Shown: in pieces, positions 9,080 through 18,317 of the stretch
How the letters are laid out: every line of letters starts with the position of its first letter
How positions within the stretch are numbered: the first letter of the stretch is position 1
Virus record (IMG/VR): IMGVR_UViG_3300012953_000013
Location: 64,001 to 128,000 of that record
Direction: 5' to 3' (one strand)
Origin: a virus
DNA: 64,000 nt
Translations under genes and position numbers: made by a program
The notes under the pieces: model-generated
What the model was told of the DNA's origin: nothing
The model's database searches: none
The model's input: only the letters and a program-made list of their open reading frames with translations

Positions 9080-10177
9080 TTAACCGTTTAAGATACCAGC
9101 CAATTTATTCCATCTTTCCATAATTCTCTGGTCTGTAGAGCTAACACTTTCTTTTTGCTGGTTTCCTAGAGCGTTTCCGATTGCTGTCAAAGCAGGAATC
9201 AAATCATCAGCGTTTCCATCAACTACATGCACGTTACTATGGTTAAGACCGCCGCCAGTACCGATAAAAGCTCCAGACCACCGGTGGTGACCATCTAAAA
9301 TCTCTCCAGCGGAAGTTACAAAAGCCCCGCCCATATCTGAAAGATCTGTATTTCCAGTCCCTTGGAGGAAGGCAAACAAGAGAGATTTACCGGCAAGAAT
9401 ATTACTTTGGGTTGGAACCATCTTGGAGTTAGCAAGAGATCCACCGACTTGAACTTGAATGTTGTCATCTTTTTCGTTGCCATCATGCTTTCCTTTAACT
9501 AGAAAAGCGAGGGCTTTACCAACAGGATCTGCGCCACCGCCAGCACCGACTAACTTTCCAGGCCCAGGGAATTTATCTTCTTTAAAAAGACCCTCTTTTT
9601 TTACCTCTGGTTCTTTTCCACCAGCTATAGCTTCTTGATCTTTGTCTGATAGAGAACTTATCCAAGCATCAACACTCTCTTCCCCACCAGCATAATCTGC
9701 TTCGAGGTCTATGTTGAATCTTCCGCCCGGAGACAGGGCGTCTTTAACAGCAGGAGCGTCGTCGCCTTCAAGAGCAGGCATCTGGTTCTTGGGTAGGCCG
9801 CTTCCTGGCAAAGCACTTCCGACTTTAGATATTCTAGAAGCTAACTCGCTCTCTCCTGTCTCTTCAGCCCAAGCCTTGATAGCCTCTGCTCCACCGGCTT
9901 TTCCAACTGCACCTGCAGACCAGCTTGTTGCATTCATCATAGCTTGGATAAGAGGAGCGTTTTCATCTCCAGAACTTAACTGCTTATAAGCTTCAGCCCC
10001 ATCAAGGTCAGCAATATTAGTACTAGTGTCAACAGCAGCAAAATTGGCCGCAGCCTCTTCTTCTTGTTCTCTTAATACAGCTCTATATTCTTCTAAAATA
10101 ATCTTTCTAAGATCTCTTGAATCAATTTTTTTAGCTGGCTTCTTAAAGCCATAAATTTCCGAAAGCGTCTTTGCCAT
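9080..10177 (-). CDS. Acidic virion-type protein with C-terminal ParB/sulfiredoxin-like domain
   Basis: LRKIILEE leader; MVPTQSNI and EILDGHHRW motifs; ends RWNKLAGILNG. Confidence 0.6.
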   Translation of the reverse strand: MAKTLSEIYGFKKPAKKIDSRDLRKIILEEYRAVLREQEEEAAANFAAVDTSTNIADLDGAEAYKQLSSGDENAPLIQAMMNATSWSAGAVGKAGGAEAIKAWAEETGESELASRISKVGSALPGSGLPKNQMPALEGDDAPAVKDALSPGGRFNIDLEADYAGGEESVDAWISSLSDKDQEAIAGGKEPEVKKEGLFKEDKFPGPGKLVGAGGGADPVGKALAFLVKGKHDGNEKDDNIQVQVGGSLANSKMVPTQSNILAGKSLLFAFLQGTGNTDLSDMGGAFVTSAGEILDGHHRWSGAFIGTGGGLNHSNVHVVDGNADDLIPALTAIGNALGNQQKESVSSTDQRIMERWNKLAGILNG

Positions 10178-10188
10178 TTTAATATCTC

Positions 10189-10629
10189 CTATGCGAAATC
10201 GCCATTAACTAGTTTACCAGACACAGATTTCATAGCAGCTAATACTACCTTACGAATCTCTACTGTTATATCATTTTCTAAATCATACGACGCTGCGTCC
10301 ACTTGCTCTCTCCACCAATCTTTGGCTTCAGCCTGGCTCATTTCACCGTCATTTGTCATGGAAGGATCACCGGGATCATAGGCGCTCATTTCCATATCAT
10401 GCCACTTATCGACTAATTCTCCAACAGAGCTGTCCCAAGCAATTCTTGGCCAATGGTGGTCTCCATTAGATCCATCTGGATTTTCTAAATCGATTTCGTC
10501 TAGACTCCCAGACTCATTTTCTGTATCAAGACCTGGCTTAACTCCGCCACCAGCCTCAGTTTCTTCTAGAAGAATTCTAATTTTTTCTTCTTTAATAATT
10601 CTTCGCAATTGATTCTTGGATAATTTCAT
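10189..10629 (-). CDS. Acidic putative virion protein
   Basis: MKLSKNQLRRIIKEE leader; ATAATTA upstream. Confidence 0.6.
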   Translation of the reverse strand: MKLSKNQLRRIIKEEKIRILLEETEAGGGVKPGLDTENESGSLDEIDLENPDGSNGDHHWPRIAWDSSVGELVDKWHDMEMSAYDPGDPSMTNDGEMSQAEAKDWWREQVDAASYDLENDITVEIRKVVLAAMKSVSGKLVNGDFA

Positions 10630-10648
10630 TATAGCGCTCCCGTATGCA

Positions 10649-11062
10649 TTAATTATATAGCTTAAAGCCCATTATTTCAGATATCTTTTCAGTCAACACT
10701 TCTGGGTCTTCTTCTGACTCTTTTAATAAAGCGTCGATTTTCTCTTTTTTATCTTCTTCCAAGTCATCAGAAAGCTCTGCATATCTTTTTTCGACATCTT
10801 CGATAGTTTTTTTGTATTTATCATTTGCTTTCTGAAGCTCTTCTATTTCTTTGAGACGCGATTTTTCAATCGCGTCCAACTCTTTTTCGTGATCTTCTCT
10901 GATTCTGCTTAAAACTTTTCCAGCACCAGAGCCTCTTCCAGCCAAAATCATTATAACAATTGGAATAGCAGCGCCTACTAATAGCTGCCAATATTTCTTA
11001 CACCAAGCCCAGGCTTTTTTAAGCCACGTCTTGAATGTTAGCCATGCGATTGCCGCAGTCAT
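10649..11062 (-). CDS. i-spanin-like membrane protein
   Basis: N-terminal TM (LLVGAAIPIVIMILAG) then long charged coiled coil; follows holin-like gene. Confidence 0.55.
   Translation of the reverse strand: MTAAIAWLTFKTWLKKAWAWCKKYWQLLVGAAIPIVIMILAGRGSGAGKVLSRIREDHEKELDAIEKSRLKEIEELQKANDKYKKTIEDVEKRYAELSDDLEEDKKEKIDALLKESEEDPEVLTEKISEIMGFKLYN
10650..10656 (-). promoter_or_regulatory. ATANTTA motif (ATAATTA)
   Basis: 21 nt upstream of start 10629. Confidence 0.4.
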
Positions 11063-11316
11063 TATCTTTTAAACCCGTGCTTCCAAGAAACTGCAGCATC
11101 TATAACAGTTTGACCACCGATATAAATAGCTGCAATCATTCCCCAGATATCCGGAGTAAGTGTACTCCATATCATCAAACCAGTTGCTGTCAAGAAAACA
11201 AAAAACTTTCTAGAAATCATCCGACCCAAAATTTGGTCTAAAATCCCAAGTTTTTCTCCCTCAATCAAAGCCTTGGCTTCTTTAATATCAATATTATTAT
11301 CTGCCATGTTTATCAT
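11062..11316 (-). CDS. Holin-like small membrane protein
   Basis: 84 aa, SRKFFVFL then two short TM segments, basic C-terminus. Confidence 0.55.
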   Translation of the reverse strand: MINMADNNIDIKEAKALIEGEKLGILDQILGRMISRKFFVFLTATGLMIWSTLTPDIWGMIAAIYIGGQTVIDAAVSWKHGFKR

Positions 11317-11325
11317 CTCAATCTC

Positions 11326-11640
11326 CTAATTCCAGTTATTTCCATCGTCGTCATCGTCATCATCTTTATCTCTGAAAGAAAAACGGAATTCATTTTTGTT
11401 GACAGGTTTCATCAACGCATAAAGTACATCTTGGAGACTGGTAACCTCTTCAGCTAATCCTTGATAAGTGGTAAGAATTAGCTGCAAAGAAACTTGAACG
11501 TCTTTGAGGTTTGTTTTTATTTGTTCAAGCTCTAAATTACTTTGGAGTAACTTGTTTTCAAGCTCTGAGTTTTTGAGCGTCATCTCCTGAACTCTCTTTT
11601 CTAACTCACTATAGTTCCCTTTAAAAAATTTATCTAACAT
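11326..11640 (-). CDS. Coiled-coil hypothetical protein
   Basis: Heptad-rich middle, acidic tail. Confidence 0.6.
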   Translation of the reverse strand: MLDKFFKGNYSELEKRVQEMTLKNSELENKLLQSNLELEQIKTNLKDVQVSLQLILTTYQGLAEEVTSLQDVLYALMKPVNKNEFRFSFRDKDDDDDDDGNNWN

Positions 11641-11924
11641 CAGCGACCCTCCAGAGGGTTTTCTTGATTGATCGCGTCAAAAATACTTTCAGCATCTGTT
11701 GAGTTGACTTTCTTTTCAAAAACCCTGTTCTTTTTATTATATTCGATTTCATCAAGAAATTTAGTAAGGGTCTCATCCCCATCAACTATTTTCACTGCAA
11801 GAAATTCAAAAACCTCCTGCATAGAAAGCTCTCTCTTAAACAAAGCCATTCTAAACTCTGTGTGAGTGTCTTTGTTAAGATTTATATGAATTGATTTTTT
11901 AAGTTGAAAGGGACTTGATGTCAT
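11640..11924 (-). CDS. Ribbon-helix-helix-like DNA-binding protein
   Basis: KKSIHINL strand then two helices (THTEFRMALFK, MQEVFEFLA). Confidence 0.5.
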   Translation of the reverse strand: MTSSPFQLKKSIHINLNKDTHTEFRMALFKRELSMQEVFEFLAVKIVDGDETLTKFLDEIEYNKKNRVFEKKVNSTDAESIFDAINQENPLEGR

Positions 11925-12652
11925 TAAACAGCTCCGCCTCCACCGCCACCGCCAGCGCCAACTGCAAGCGGAGCAGCTACTTCTATGTCTTCTAATTCTT
12001 CTATCTCTGAATCAAAATCTAAATCATGGCGCAATCTCAAAATTTCTGCAAAAGCTTCAGCAACTTCTTCACCATACTTTATCATTAAAAACTCTTTTGC
12101 TTTGTTAAAGATAATAGATTCCATATCCATTAAAGTTTGATAATTCATTATCAGTCTTGCGACGTCACTGGAAAAAAGCTCAATATCTAATTCATTCTCT
12201 GAAACGATTTCTTCTTCGACTGTTGCTGGTTCTTCTTGCTCAAACAGCAAATCACTCAAATTTCTACTGTACCACTCGTTAGTAGAGTCTGTGACAACAT
12301 CTTCTACGACTTCTTCTTTTGCAATTACGTGAATTTGAGCGCTTTTTAAAGCATTCACTTCATAATCTTGAAGTATTGAATCGAGCGCTATATCGAATTG
12401 TTTTCCAAGCCTGACTTCGTCTCCAGCTTCAATAGCGACAACTTCTTCTTCTTCTTCAGCTGCTGCTTCGCCTTCTTCGCCGCCTTCTTCGCCAGTATCT
12501 TCAGCTGCTTCATCACCTTCAGCTGCTTCATCGTCTCCGTCTGCTGCATCATCGCCGCCAGCGTCGTCTCCGAACAAATCTTCTTCTTCATCTTGCTCAG
12601 TCAATAAGTTATATTGGCGTTGAAAAAATTCTTTTAGTTGTTCTCTTTTCAT
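11924..12652 (-). CDS. Highly acidic putative virion/scaffold protein
   Basis: MKREQLKEFF..LLTEQ leader, D/E/G/A low complexity, NLSDLLFEQ motif, poly-Gly tail. Confidence 0.6.
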   Translation of the reverse strand: MKREQLKEFFQRQYNLLTEQDEEEDLFGDDAGGDDAADGDDEAAEGDEAAEDTGEEGGEEGEAAAEEEEEVVAIEAGDEVRLGKQFDIALDSILQDYEVNALKSAQIHVIAKEEVVEDVVTDSTNEWYSRNLSDLLFEQEEPATVEEEIVSENELDIELFSSDVARLIMNYQTLMDMESIIFNKAKEFLMIKYGEEVAEAFAEILRLRHDLDFDSEIEELEDIEVAAPLAVGAGGGGGGGAV

Positions 12653-13365
12653 TTTAAAACCTTTGAAACTTTTTCTGCATTTTTAAATCTACCTTCGATA
12701 ACAGACCAATTAAATTGTTTCATCATCGCATATATAAACGCTTTTTTATCATCTAAATAATCTCTATAGTAAGCATGCTCCCACATGTCCATGACAATAA
12801 CTGGGTAGCAGTTAATTGGAACATGCAGACTGTGAAGGTCTACTACTACATTCATATACCTTTTTAGAAAACCATTATAAACTGTAATTGCCCACCCATT
12901 TCTAGAAGCTAGGCAGCAAGCAATAAAGTCTTTTTGCCACGCATCAAAAGTTCCAAAATCTCTTTCGAGCCTAATAAATGAAAGGGTGTCCATCGAAACT
13001 TTAGAATGGAGGTCTGATATGTTTTCAAAATAAAGAGCATGCAGAAAAGCAGCATTGCAATTGTAAGTCTCGTCTTGCTTTAAAGACCTGAATTGAGAGT
13101 CTCGAGAATTTACTCCATCTCTGTCAACTGTGTCTAATTGAGCAGAAACTTCATTCAGAGTTTCAACATATTGCTCGAAAAGATTCTGATGAGACTGTTT
13201 TGCTTTGTTACTCAAAAGTTCTGTTTGCAAGCTAAACTTTTTAGCTTGAGTTACATAAGCTTCTTGTAGGCTTTCTGATGGAGGAAGGCCGAGGCCCTCT
13301 CTAATTGTGGTTACCACTTCTTCAGAGAGCGTATTTGTTTTTTTGTCATTTTTGTCGTTGGCCAT
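12649..13365 (-). CDS. sod: Fe/Mn superoxide dismutase with N-terminal extension
   Basis: HQNLFEQYV, LHALYFEN, DFGTFDAWQKDF, GWA, DMWEHAYYRDY; four metal ligands appear present. Confidence 0.9.
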   Translation of the reverse strand: MANDKNDKKTNTLSEEVVTTIREGLGLPPSESLQEAYVTQAKKFSLQTELLSNKAKQSHQNLFEQYVETLNEVSAQLDTVDRDGVNSRDSQFRSLKQDETYNCNAAFLHALYFENISDLHSKVSMDTLSFIRLERDFGTFDAWQKDFIACCLASRNGWAITVYNGFLKRYMNVVVDLHSLHVPINCYPVIVMDMWEHAYYRDYLDDKKAFIYAMMKQFNWSVIEGRFKNAEKVSKVLK

Positions 13366-13385
13366 GTAATAATCCTCAATATTAT

Positions 13386-13392
13386 TAACTAT
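13386..13392 (-). promoter_or_regulatory. ATANTTA motif (ATAGTTA)
   Basis: AATAGTTAATAAT, same 13-mer as upstream of 16519; precedes GAGG RBS of SOD. Confidence 0.5.
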
Positions 13393-13398
13393 TAGACT

Positions 13399-13806
13399 CT
13401 AATCTAATTCGTAATCTTTTTCAAACTCGTCTTTATCTATAATATAGAGAGTTTCTTCTTCGTCTTCTTCAGTGGAGTCTATTTCAGCTTCTTCGTCTTC
13501 TGGAGCAGTTTCTTGATTCGAAAATTGCCTTGGATGATTATCCGGTAGGTGACCATCCATGATTACACCTTCTTCACCCTCTGGTTCAACGCGGGGCTCT
13601 TCAGGGTCTCTTAAAACAACTTGTATTCCATCTTCATCAGATACCACATCATCAACAGTATATTCGTATCCACTGTCTTTATGCCTGACCTTTAAATCTT
13701 TAGAAACTATAATGTTCCCTTGGTCGTCTAAAACATCTACTTCAGAAAGAGCATTAACTAATTTCTTCGTGTATTCTTCTAGTAAAACTTTTCTTAATTT
13801 AATCAT
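13399..13806 (-). CDS. Small acidic putative virion protein
   Basis: ATG 13806 (MIKLRKVLLEE) preferred to track start 13854. Confidence 0.6.
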   Translation of the reverse strand: MIKLRKVLLEEYTKKLVNALSEVDVLDDQGNIIVSKDLKVRHKDSGYEYTVDDVVSDEDGIQVVLRDPEEPRVEPEGEEGVIMDGHLPDNHPRQFSNQETAPEDEEAEIDSTEEDEEETLYIIDKDEFEKDYELD

Positions 13807-16519
13807 CTTGAATGCCCGCCAATTTTCTCCAACGCGCCATGGCGTCATAGTCATTAGATTCAGTTAAAACGTATTTATCTTCTTCAAAAAATCCGTAATC
13901 AAAATTTTCAGCGAAAACTTCCATACCAGCAGCCATGTTAATAGCTTTCCTCAGCTTTCTACGCGCTCTAGTTGCTTTTTGGCCCTGGCTTACGATATCG
14001 GGATGTTTCTTTAGAATCGCCGCTAACTTATTTTTATCTATTGGAATCTTTCCGAGAGTGCCTGCAGCTTTTTTAGCTTCATCATCAAGCTTCTTTTGCT
14101 CTTCATCAGTAATGCCTGCGGGATCCTCAATGTCCAATTCAGCGTTTGGATCAACTGCTTCTTCTTCTCCAGAAAGAGCCGTTTTTAAAGCTTCTAAATC
14201 TGGCTCAGGAACACCAGATACTTCGACTCCAAGCTCTTTAAAAGATGGAATAGCCTTTGCAAAGACTGCATATAATAAATCAGTTGAGATATCTCCTGCG
14301 TGCTTGTCAATAGTTTTTTGTACATCAACCCAAGAATACTGTCCCTCAAAAAGTAAACCAGAGAGACTTTTTCTAAAGTAATTTTCTTCAAGCTGGAAAT
14401 CATCTCCAAAAAGCTCTTGGGAAACTTTTGCTAACACTGTAGGTACTTCTTTATCTTGGCCATCCGCTCCTATTAAATCAAGAAGCTCCTCGTCATTACC
14501 ATATACATCATCAATGGCAGATGCAATCTTACCACTAAACTCAGAAGTCTTTATGGAATTTGTAGCGCTTTCTTCTTCGCCGCCTTCTTCTTCCTCTTCT
14601 TCTGGTTGTTCATCGCCGCCAATTTTGTACTTAGCATATTCTTCGCTTTTTTCTGCAGCTTTATTGACTAGGTCCACAAACTCTGGAACATCTGCCAATT
14701 TGGGTGCTCCATCTCCTTTTTGATCAGTGTATGTGTTATTAAAGTCAACATCCATATCTTTAAGATCGTCTTGTTCATAACCAGCTCTATCAGAAGCACC
14801 TAAAAGAACTTCAAAGGTATCTAAAGACGGGGGACCACCATAGAAATATTTTCCGTCTAACCAGAATCCAAGCTGTGATCGCCTTTTAGCAGTGGCATCT
14901 AAGTCATCCCATTTCGGAAGAGCTTCTTCGATTTCTAAATCAATAGCTTGGTCTGAAAAAACTTGGTTGATTTTTTGAACTAATCCACTTGTGTCGACGT
15001 CTTTAAAAACTTCTTCATTTTCTTCCATCGCTGCGCCGACGATTGCTTGATAGTCTTCAGCCGAAACAGATGCTTCTGTTAAAGCTCCTAAATTCTTGTA
15101 TCGTAAACTTTCTTCAATCGTTATATTCAGATTCTTGAAAATGTCGGAATCTAACAATTTACTTACTATTATACTGCCTGCTTCTCCAGAAATCTCTTTT
15201 GCCTTAGCCAGTATTTCTTTTTTAGATAAAACTTGAGATACATCTTCTGGATCTAATTCTTCAGCACCTTCAGCTTCATCTTCTAGATCTTCAATAGCTT
15301 CATCAGTTTCACCCGTAGGGGGCTTAATTGGGTTGCCTGATTTATCAACTACCTCAATGCCTTGGTCTACTAATGCTTGAGCAAAGGGGGCTATCAGTGG
15401 CTCTATGGCGTCAGCGCCTAATCCCTTAAGTGGCCCGGGTGCATGTTTTCCAAAAACACCTACAAGGTCTGGCCATTTTACTTGCTCTAAAAGTAAAAAA
15501 GATAGAGAAGATCTATAAGACTCAGACAGGCCGGCAATCTTTTTAAAGTCCGGATCTTTAGAAACAGCGGCCATCCACTGCTGACCGAGCTTTAAAAGTC
15601 CTGCATCAGCACCATCAGATTTAAGCTTATCGAGCCACGCCTGTCCAGCTTTTCCAATTTCATCAGCTGTTAAATTGGTATCTGCCTCTTCTTCAGTTCC
15701 GCCTGTTGAATCTTCGTTATTAGCATTAGACATTGCGTCATCTACAGCACCATCGTCTGGTGTGGGTACCGAATTAAGCGCTTCTACCAAGCTTGCCAAC
15801 TCGGGAAGAGTTAACTCCATAATTTCTGGCATGACGTTTTCAAGAGGAAATTCTGATAAAGTGACCCCAGGAATCTTGGCAGCTTTTCCGCCAAGCTTCT
15901 TCATTAGGCCTTGAGAGTCTTTAAGTTCCTCATTTCCCATAGATTTGTCAAAAGCTTTTTTAATTCCGGAAGCAATGTCTTCTTTAGTAAGTCCAGTCTC
16001 AGCAGGAACATCAACCAATTTTATTTCGTCAGCTAACTTTCCCTCTAAGTTTCTTTGAACCAGTGCAGTGGCCTCTCCTAGTGCTTTAAGTCCGCCAGCA
16101 GCTTGCGTATCTATTAATGCAACAGCAGCAACTCCATTTGCCACTGTAAAACCTTTCCCAAAAACGCTCTTAACCCAGTCTTTAGCGCCCTTAGGCTTAT
16201 TCAAATCCAGCTTCATCACAAATTTTTCTGCAGCTTGGATATTTCTACCTTGGGCTTGGTACCACGCAGCGGCAGATGGAAGCTTAGTACTTAAAGCCTC
16301 TACTTTCAAAATATTAACTAAATACTCTTTGAGTTTTGTTGTGGATGTTCTAAGAGCTTCTACATCGGGCTGGTCTAAATCACCTTCGGTGATAAGATAC
16401 AATAAATTTCCCTCTAAGAGAGCTTCATCTTCCGACAAAGATTTTCTCAATATCTCTCTTAAGAACTCTTGATTTTGCGGATAAAAACTGTTAAAAGATT
16501 CTGACATTTTCGTTCCCAT
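13799..16519 (-). CDS. Large acidic putative head-internal (poly)protein
   Basis: 906 aa, repeated SL..LL.E junction motifs, ends RWRKLAGIQDD. Confidence 0.6.
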   Translation of the reverse strand: MGTKMSESFNSFYPQNQEFLREILRKSLSEDEALLEGNLLYLITEGDLDQPDVEALRTSTTKLKEYLVNILKVEALSTKLPSAAAWYQAQGRNIQAAEKFVMKLDLNKPKGAKDWVKSVFGKGFTVANGVAAVALIDTQAAGGLKALGEATALVQRNLEGKLADEIKLVDVPAETGLTKEDIASGIKKAFDKSMGNEELKDSQGLMKKLGGKAAKIPGVTLSEFPLENVMPEIMELTLPELASLVEALNSVPTPDDGAVDDAMSNANNEDSTGGTEEEADTNLTADEIGKAGQAWLDKLKSDGADAGLLKLGQQWMAAVSKDPDFKKIAGLSESYRSSLSFLLLEQVKWPDLVGVFGKHAPGPLKGLGADAIEPLIAPFAQALVDQGIEVVDKSGNPIKPPTGETDEAIEDLEDEAEGAEELDPEDVSQVLSKKEILAKAKEISGEAGSIIVSKLLDSDIFKNLNITIEESLRYKNLGALTEASVSAEDYQAIVGAAMEENEEVFKDVDTSGLVQKINQVFSDQAIDLEIEEALPKWDDLDATAKRRSQLGFWLDGKYFYGGPPSLDTFEVLLGASDRAGYEQDDLKDMDVDFNNTYTDQKGDGAPKLADVPEFVDLVNKAAEKSEEYAKYKIGGDEQPEEEEEEGGEEESATNSIKTSEFSGKIASAIDDVYGNDEELLDLIGADGQDKEVPTVLAKVSQELFGDDFQLEENYFRKSLSGLLFEGQYSWVDVQKTIDKHAGDISTDLLYAVFAKAIPSFKELGVEVSGVPEPDLEALKTALSGEEEAVDPNAELDIEDPAGITDEEQKKLDDEAKKAAGTLGKIPIDKNKLAAILKKHPDIVSQGQKATRARRKLRKAINMAAGMEVFAENFDYGFFEEDKYVLTESNDYDAMARWRKLAGIQDD

Positions 16520-16527
16520 TTAAATTC

Positions 16528-16541
16528 TAATTATTAACTAT
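16528..16541 (-). promoter_or_regulatory. Tandem ATANTTA motifs (ATAGTTA, ATAATTA)
   Basis: AATAGTTAATAATTAG directly upstream of start 16519. Confidence 0.5.
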
Positions 16542-16625
16542 TACGTCAGACGTTAAAAGGTAACCACCTTTATTTCATGATTGACAGCTTGAAATCTATA
16601 AAATTTCAGTAATCAGTTAATATAA

Positions 16626-17183
16626 TCAGCTTTTAAGAGCGTTCCAAAGCTCCCACTCCAAACCAATCTCTTTCAAGTGATTCTTTATTTTCTTTTCTCT
16701 AGAAGACCAATCATTTCCCTTTAATTTTCTCGAATGCCACTCTATAAACAATTTATCTACTCTGTTTATTACGCCAGTCTCTATCAAATCTTCTAATACG
16801 ACATACTCAGCGCCCTCAATATCCAGTTTAAGATATATTAAGTCGTTTTCTTCTGTGTTGCTTGAAATAAAAGTAGACAATCTCACGGTCTCTACTTTAG
16901 AAGGATTTTTTCTATCTAGCTTTCCAGAATTTTTCTCAGCAATCAAAGTAGAGCCGCCAGAGCCCTTTCTTTTGTCTACCAAAAAATCCATTGTGCCGTC
17001 TTCATTCCAGACCGCTTTATTAATTAGTTCGTGATTTTTAAACCCTTCATACTTATTATTCCAAGCACTACGAGGTTCAAATGTTATTATACGAAAAGAT
17101 TTATCTTTGTCGTGATTTTTCCTAAAGTGTCTCACTGAACACCCGTTATTTCCACCTGCATCTATAAAAAATTTTCTCGACAT
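16626..17183 (-). CDS. FkbM-family SAM methyltransferase
   Basis: FIDAGGNNG, FEP, NKAVW, LKLDIEGAEY. Confidence 0.85.
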   Translation of the reverse strand: MSRKFFIDAGGNNGCSVRHFRKNHDKDKSFRIITFEPRSAWNNKYEGFKNHELINKAVWNEDGTMDFLVDKRKGSGGSTLIAEKNSGKLDRKNPSKVETVRLSTFISSNTEENDLIYLKLDIEGAEYVVLEDLIETGVINRVDKLFIEWHSRKLKGNDWSSREKKIKNHLKEIGLEWELWNALKS

Positions 17184-17587
17184 TAAAAAGCCCTGACTTT
17201 AATTCCAGATTTTTTTAGTATATCTACGCCAGACATATCTCTATAAGCTTCTTTATAGATAACTTCATCAATCCCTGAATTAACTATTGCTTTCGCGCAC
17301 ATTCTACACGGAGATAGTGTTAAATAAAGCTTTTTCTTCTTGGGATTATTATAATCTAGTTTTATTAAAGCGTTAATCTCAGCATGGAGCATTCCAGAAT
17401 TCCCAGGAACTTGTGATTCTACTTCATTGGGTCCGCCTGCATAGTTTCCATTGTATCCAATCGCTAAAACTTGGCAATTATCTTCAGTTACGATCACCGA
17501 TCCGACTTGAAATCTAGGGTCGTAAGACCTTTTAGCAATAGCGTGACAAAAGTCCATCCATATCTCATCCCAATTTGGTCGACTCAT
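17183..17587 (-). CDS. dCMP deaminase
   Basis: HAEINA and SPCRMCA zinc motifs, IGYNG. Confidence 0.9.
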   Translation of the reverse strand: MSRPNWDEIWMDFCHAIAKRSYDPRFQVGSVIVTEDNCQVLAIGYNGNYAGGPNEVESQVPGNSGMLHAEINALIKLDYNNPKKKKLYLTLSPCRMCAKAIVNSGIDEVIYKEAYRDMSGVDILKKSGIKVRAF

Positions 17588-17591
17588 TTTA

Positions 17592-18317
17592 TTAATCTCC
17601 TAAGTTCTCAAACTCGTAAGGGTACATTTTTAAAAATTTCAAATACTGCTGTTGAACCTTTTCTTTTTTTCGTTGGCCAGATTCTCCCATATAGTAAGTT
17701 GAATAGTGGCGACGATCTTTTCTAGTTTTTACCCATATTCCCCATTTTTTTAATTCTACGCGAGGGGCTTTAAGAATATACAATAACTCATTGAAGTCTT
17801 CTTCTAGATTCTCAAACCTTAAAGTATGATCTATACAGGGCTTACCATCTAGCAAATAATATTTCTGCCATGGCAAAAACCGGTCTTTAGTCTGAAAAGA
17901 ATTGTTGACGTGCTTTGGATCTTTATCGACAAGATTTTGCTTTTTGTTGCTCCACCAAAAAGAAGATACTTCTGCATCCCATGGATTTCTAATTACGGCA
18001 ACTTTCAGATAATCTTTCCAAACAGAGTTGCCCCATTTTTTCTTGAATCTCGTTTGCTTTAAGATATTTTGCACTTGCCTTGGTGACCAATGTTTACCGT
18101 AACGCTTTGCAAGAGCAAATGCATCTTCGTCAAAAGACTCTTTTTTTAAAGTTTCATAGTAACTTACATTGTCATAAATACTTTCAATATCTTTTTTATT
18201 CCTAAAACACCAGATGTCAGACCCAGCGCAAATCTCAGCTAAAGAAACTTGAACGCTAGTAGAACCTGTTTTTTGAGGATTAAAAAATATAAACTTGTAT
18301 TTGTGATTTACTATCAA
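17592..18317 (-). CDS. Sulfotransferase family protein
   Basis: FFNPQKTGSTSV (5'-PSB), IRNPWDAEVSSF (3'-PB), RFENLEEDF. Confidence 0.8.
   Translation of the reverse strand: MIVNHKYKFIFFNPQKTGSTSVQVSLAEICAGSDIWCFRNKKDIESIYDNVSYYETLKKESFDEDAFALAKRYGKHWSPRQVQNILKQTRFKKKWGNSVWKDYLKVAVIRNPWDAEVSSFWWSNKKQNLVDKDPKHVNNSFQTKDRFLPWQKYYLLDGKPCIDHTLRFENLEEDFNELLYILKAPRVELKKWGIWVKTRKDRRHYSTYYMGESGQRKKEKVQQQYLKFLKMYPYEFENLGD

Noticed and set aside
12430-12610. GCT/TCT/TCA-rich repetitive DNA here and the Ala-rich tract near 58130-58250
   Set aside because: Low-complexity coding for acidic or Ala linkers, not a discrete repeat array
16556-16571. Hairpin AAAGGT-AACC-ACCTTT as terminator of the modification operon
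   Set aside because: Only 6 bp, mostly A-T, very short U-tract; plausible but too weak to list
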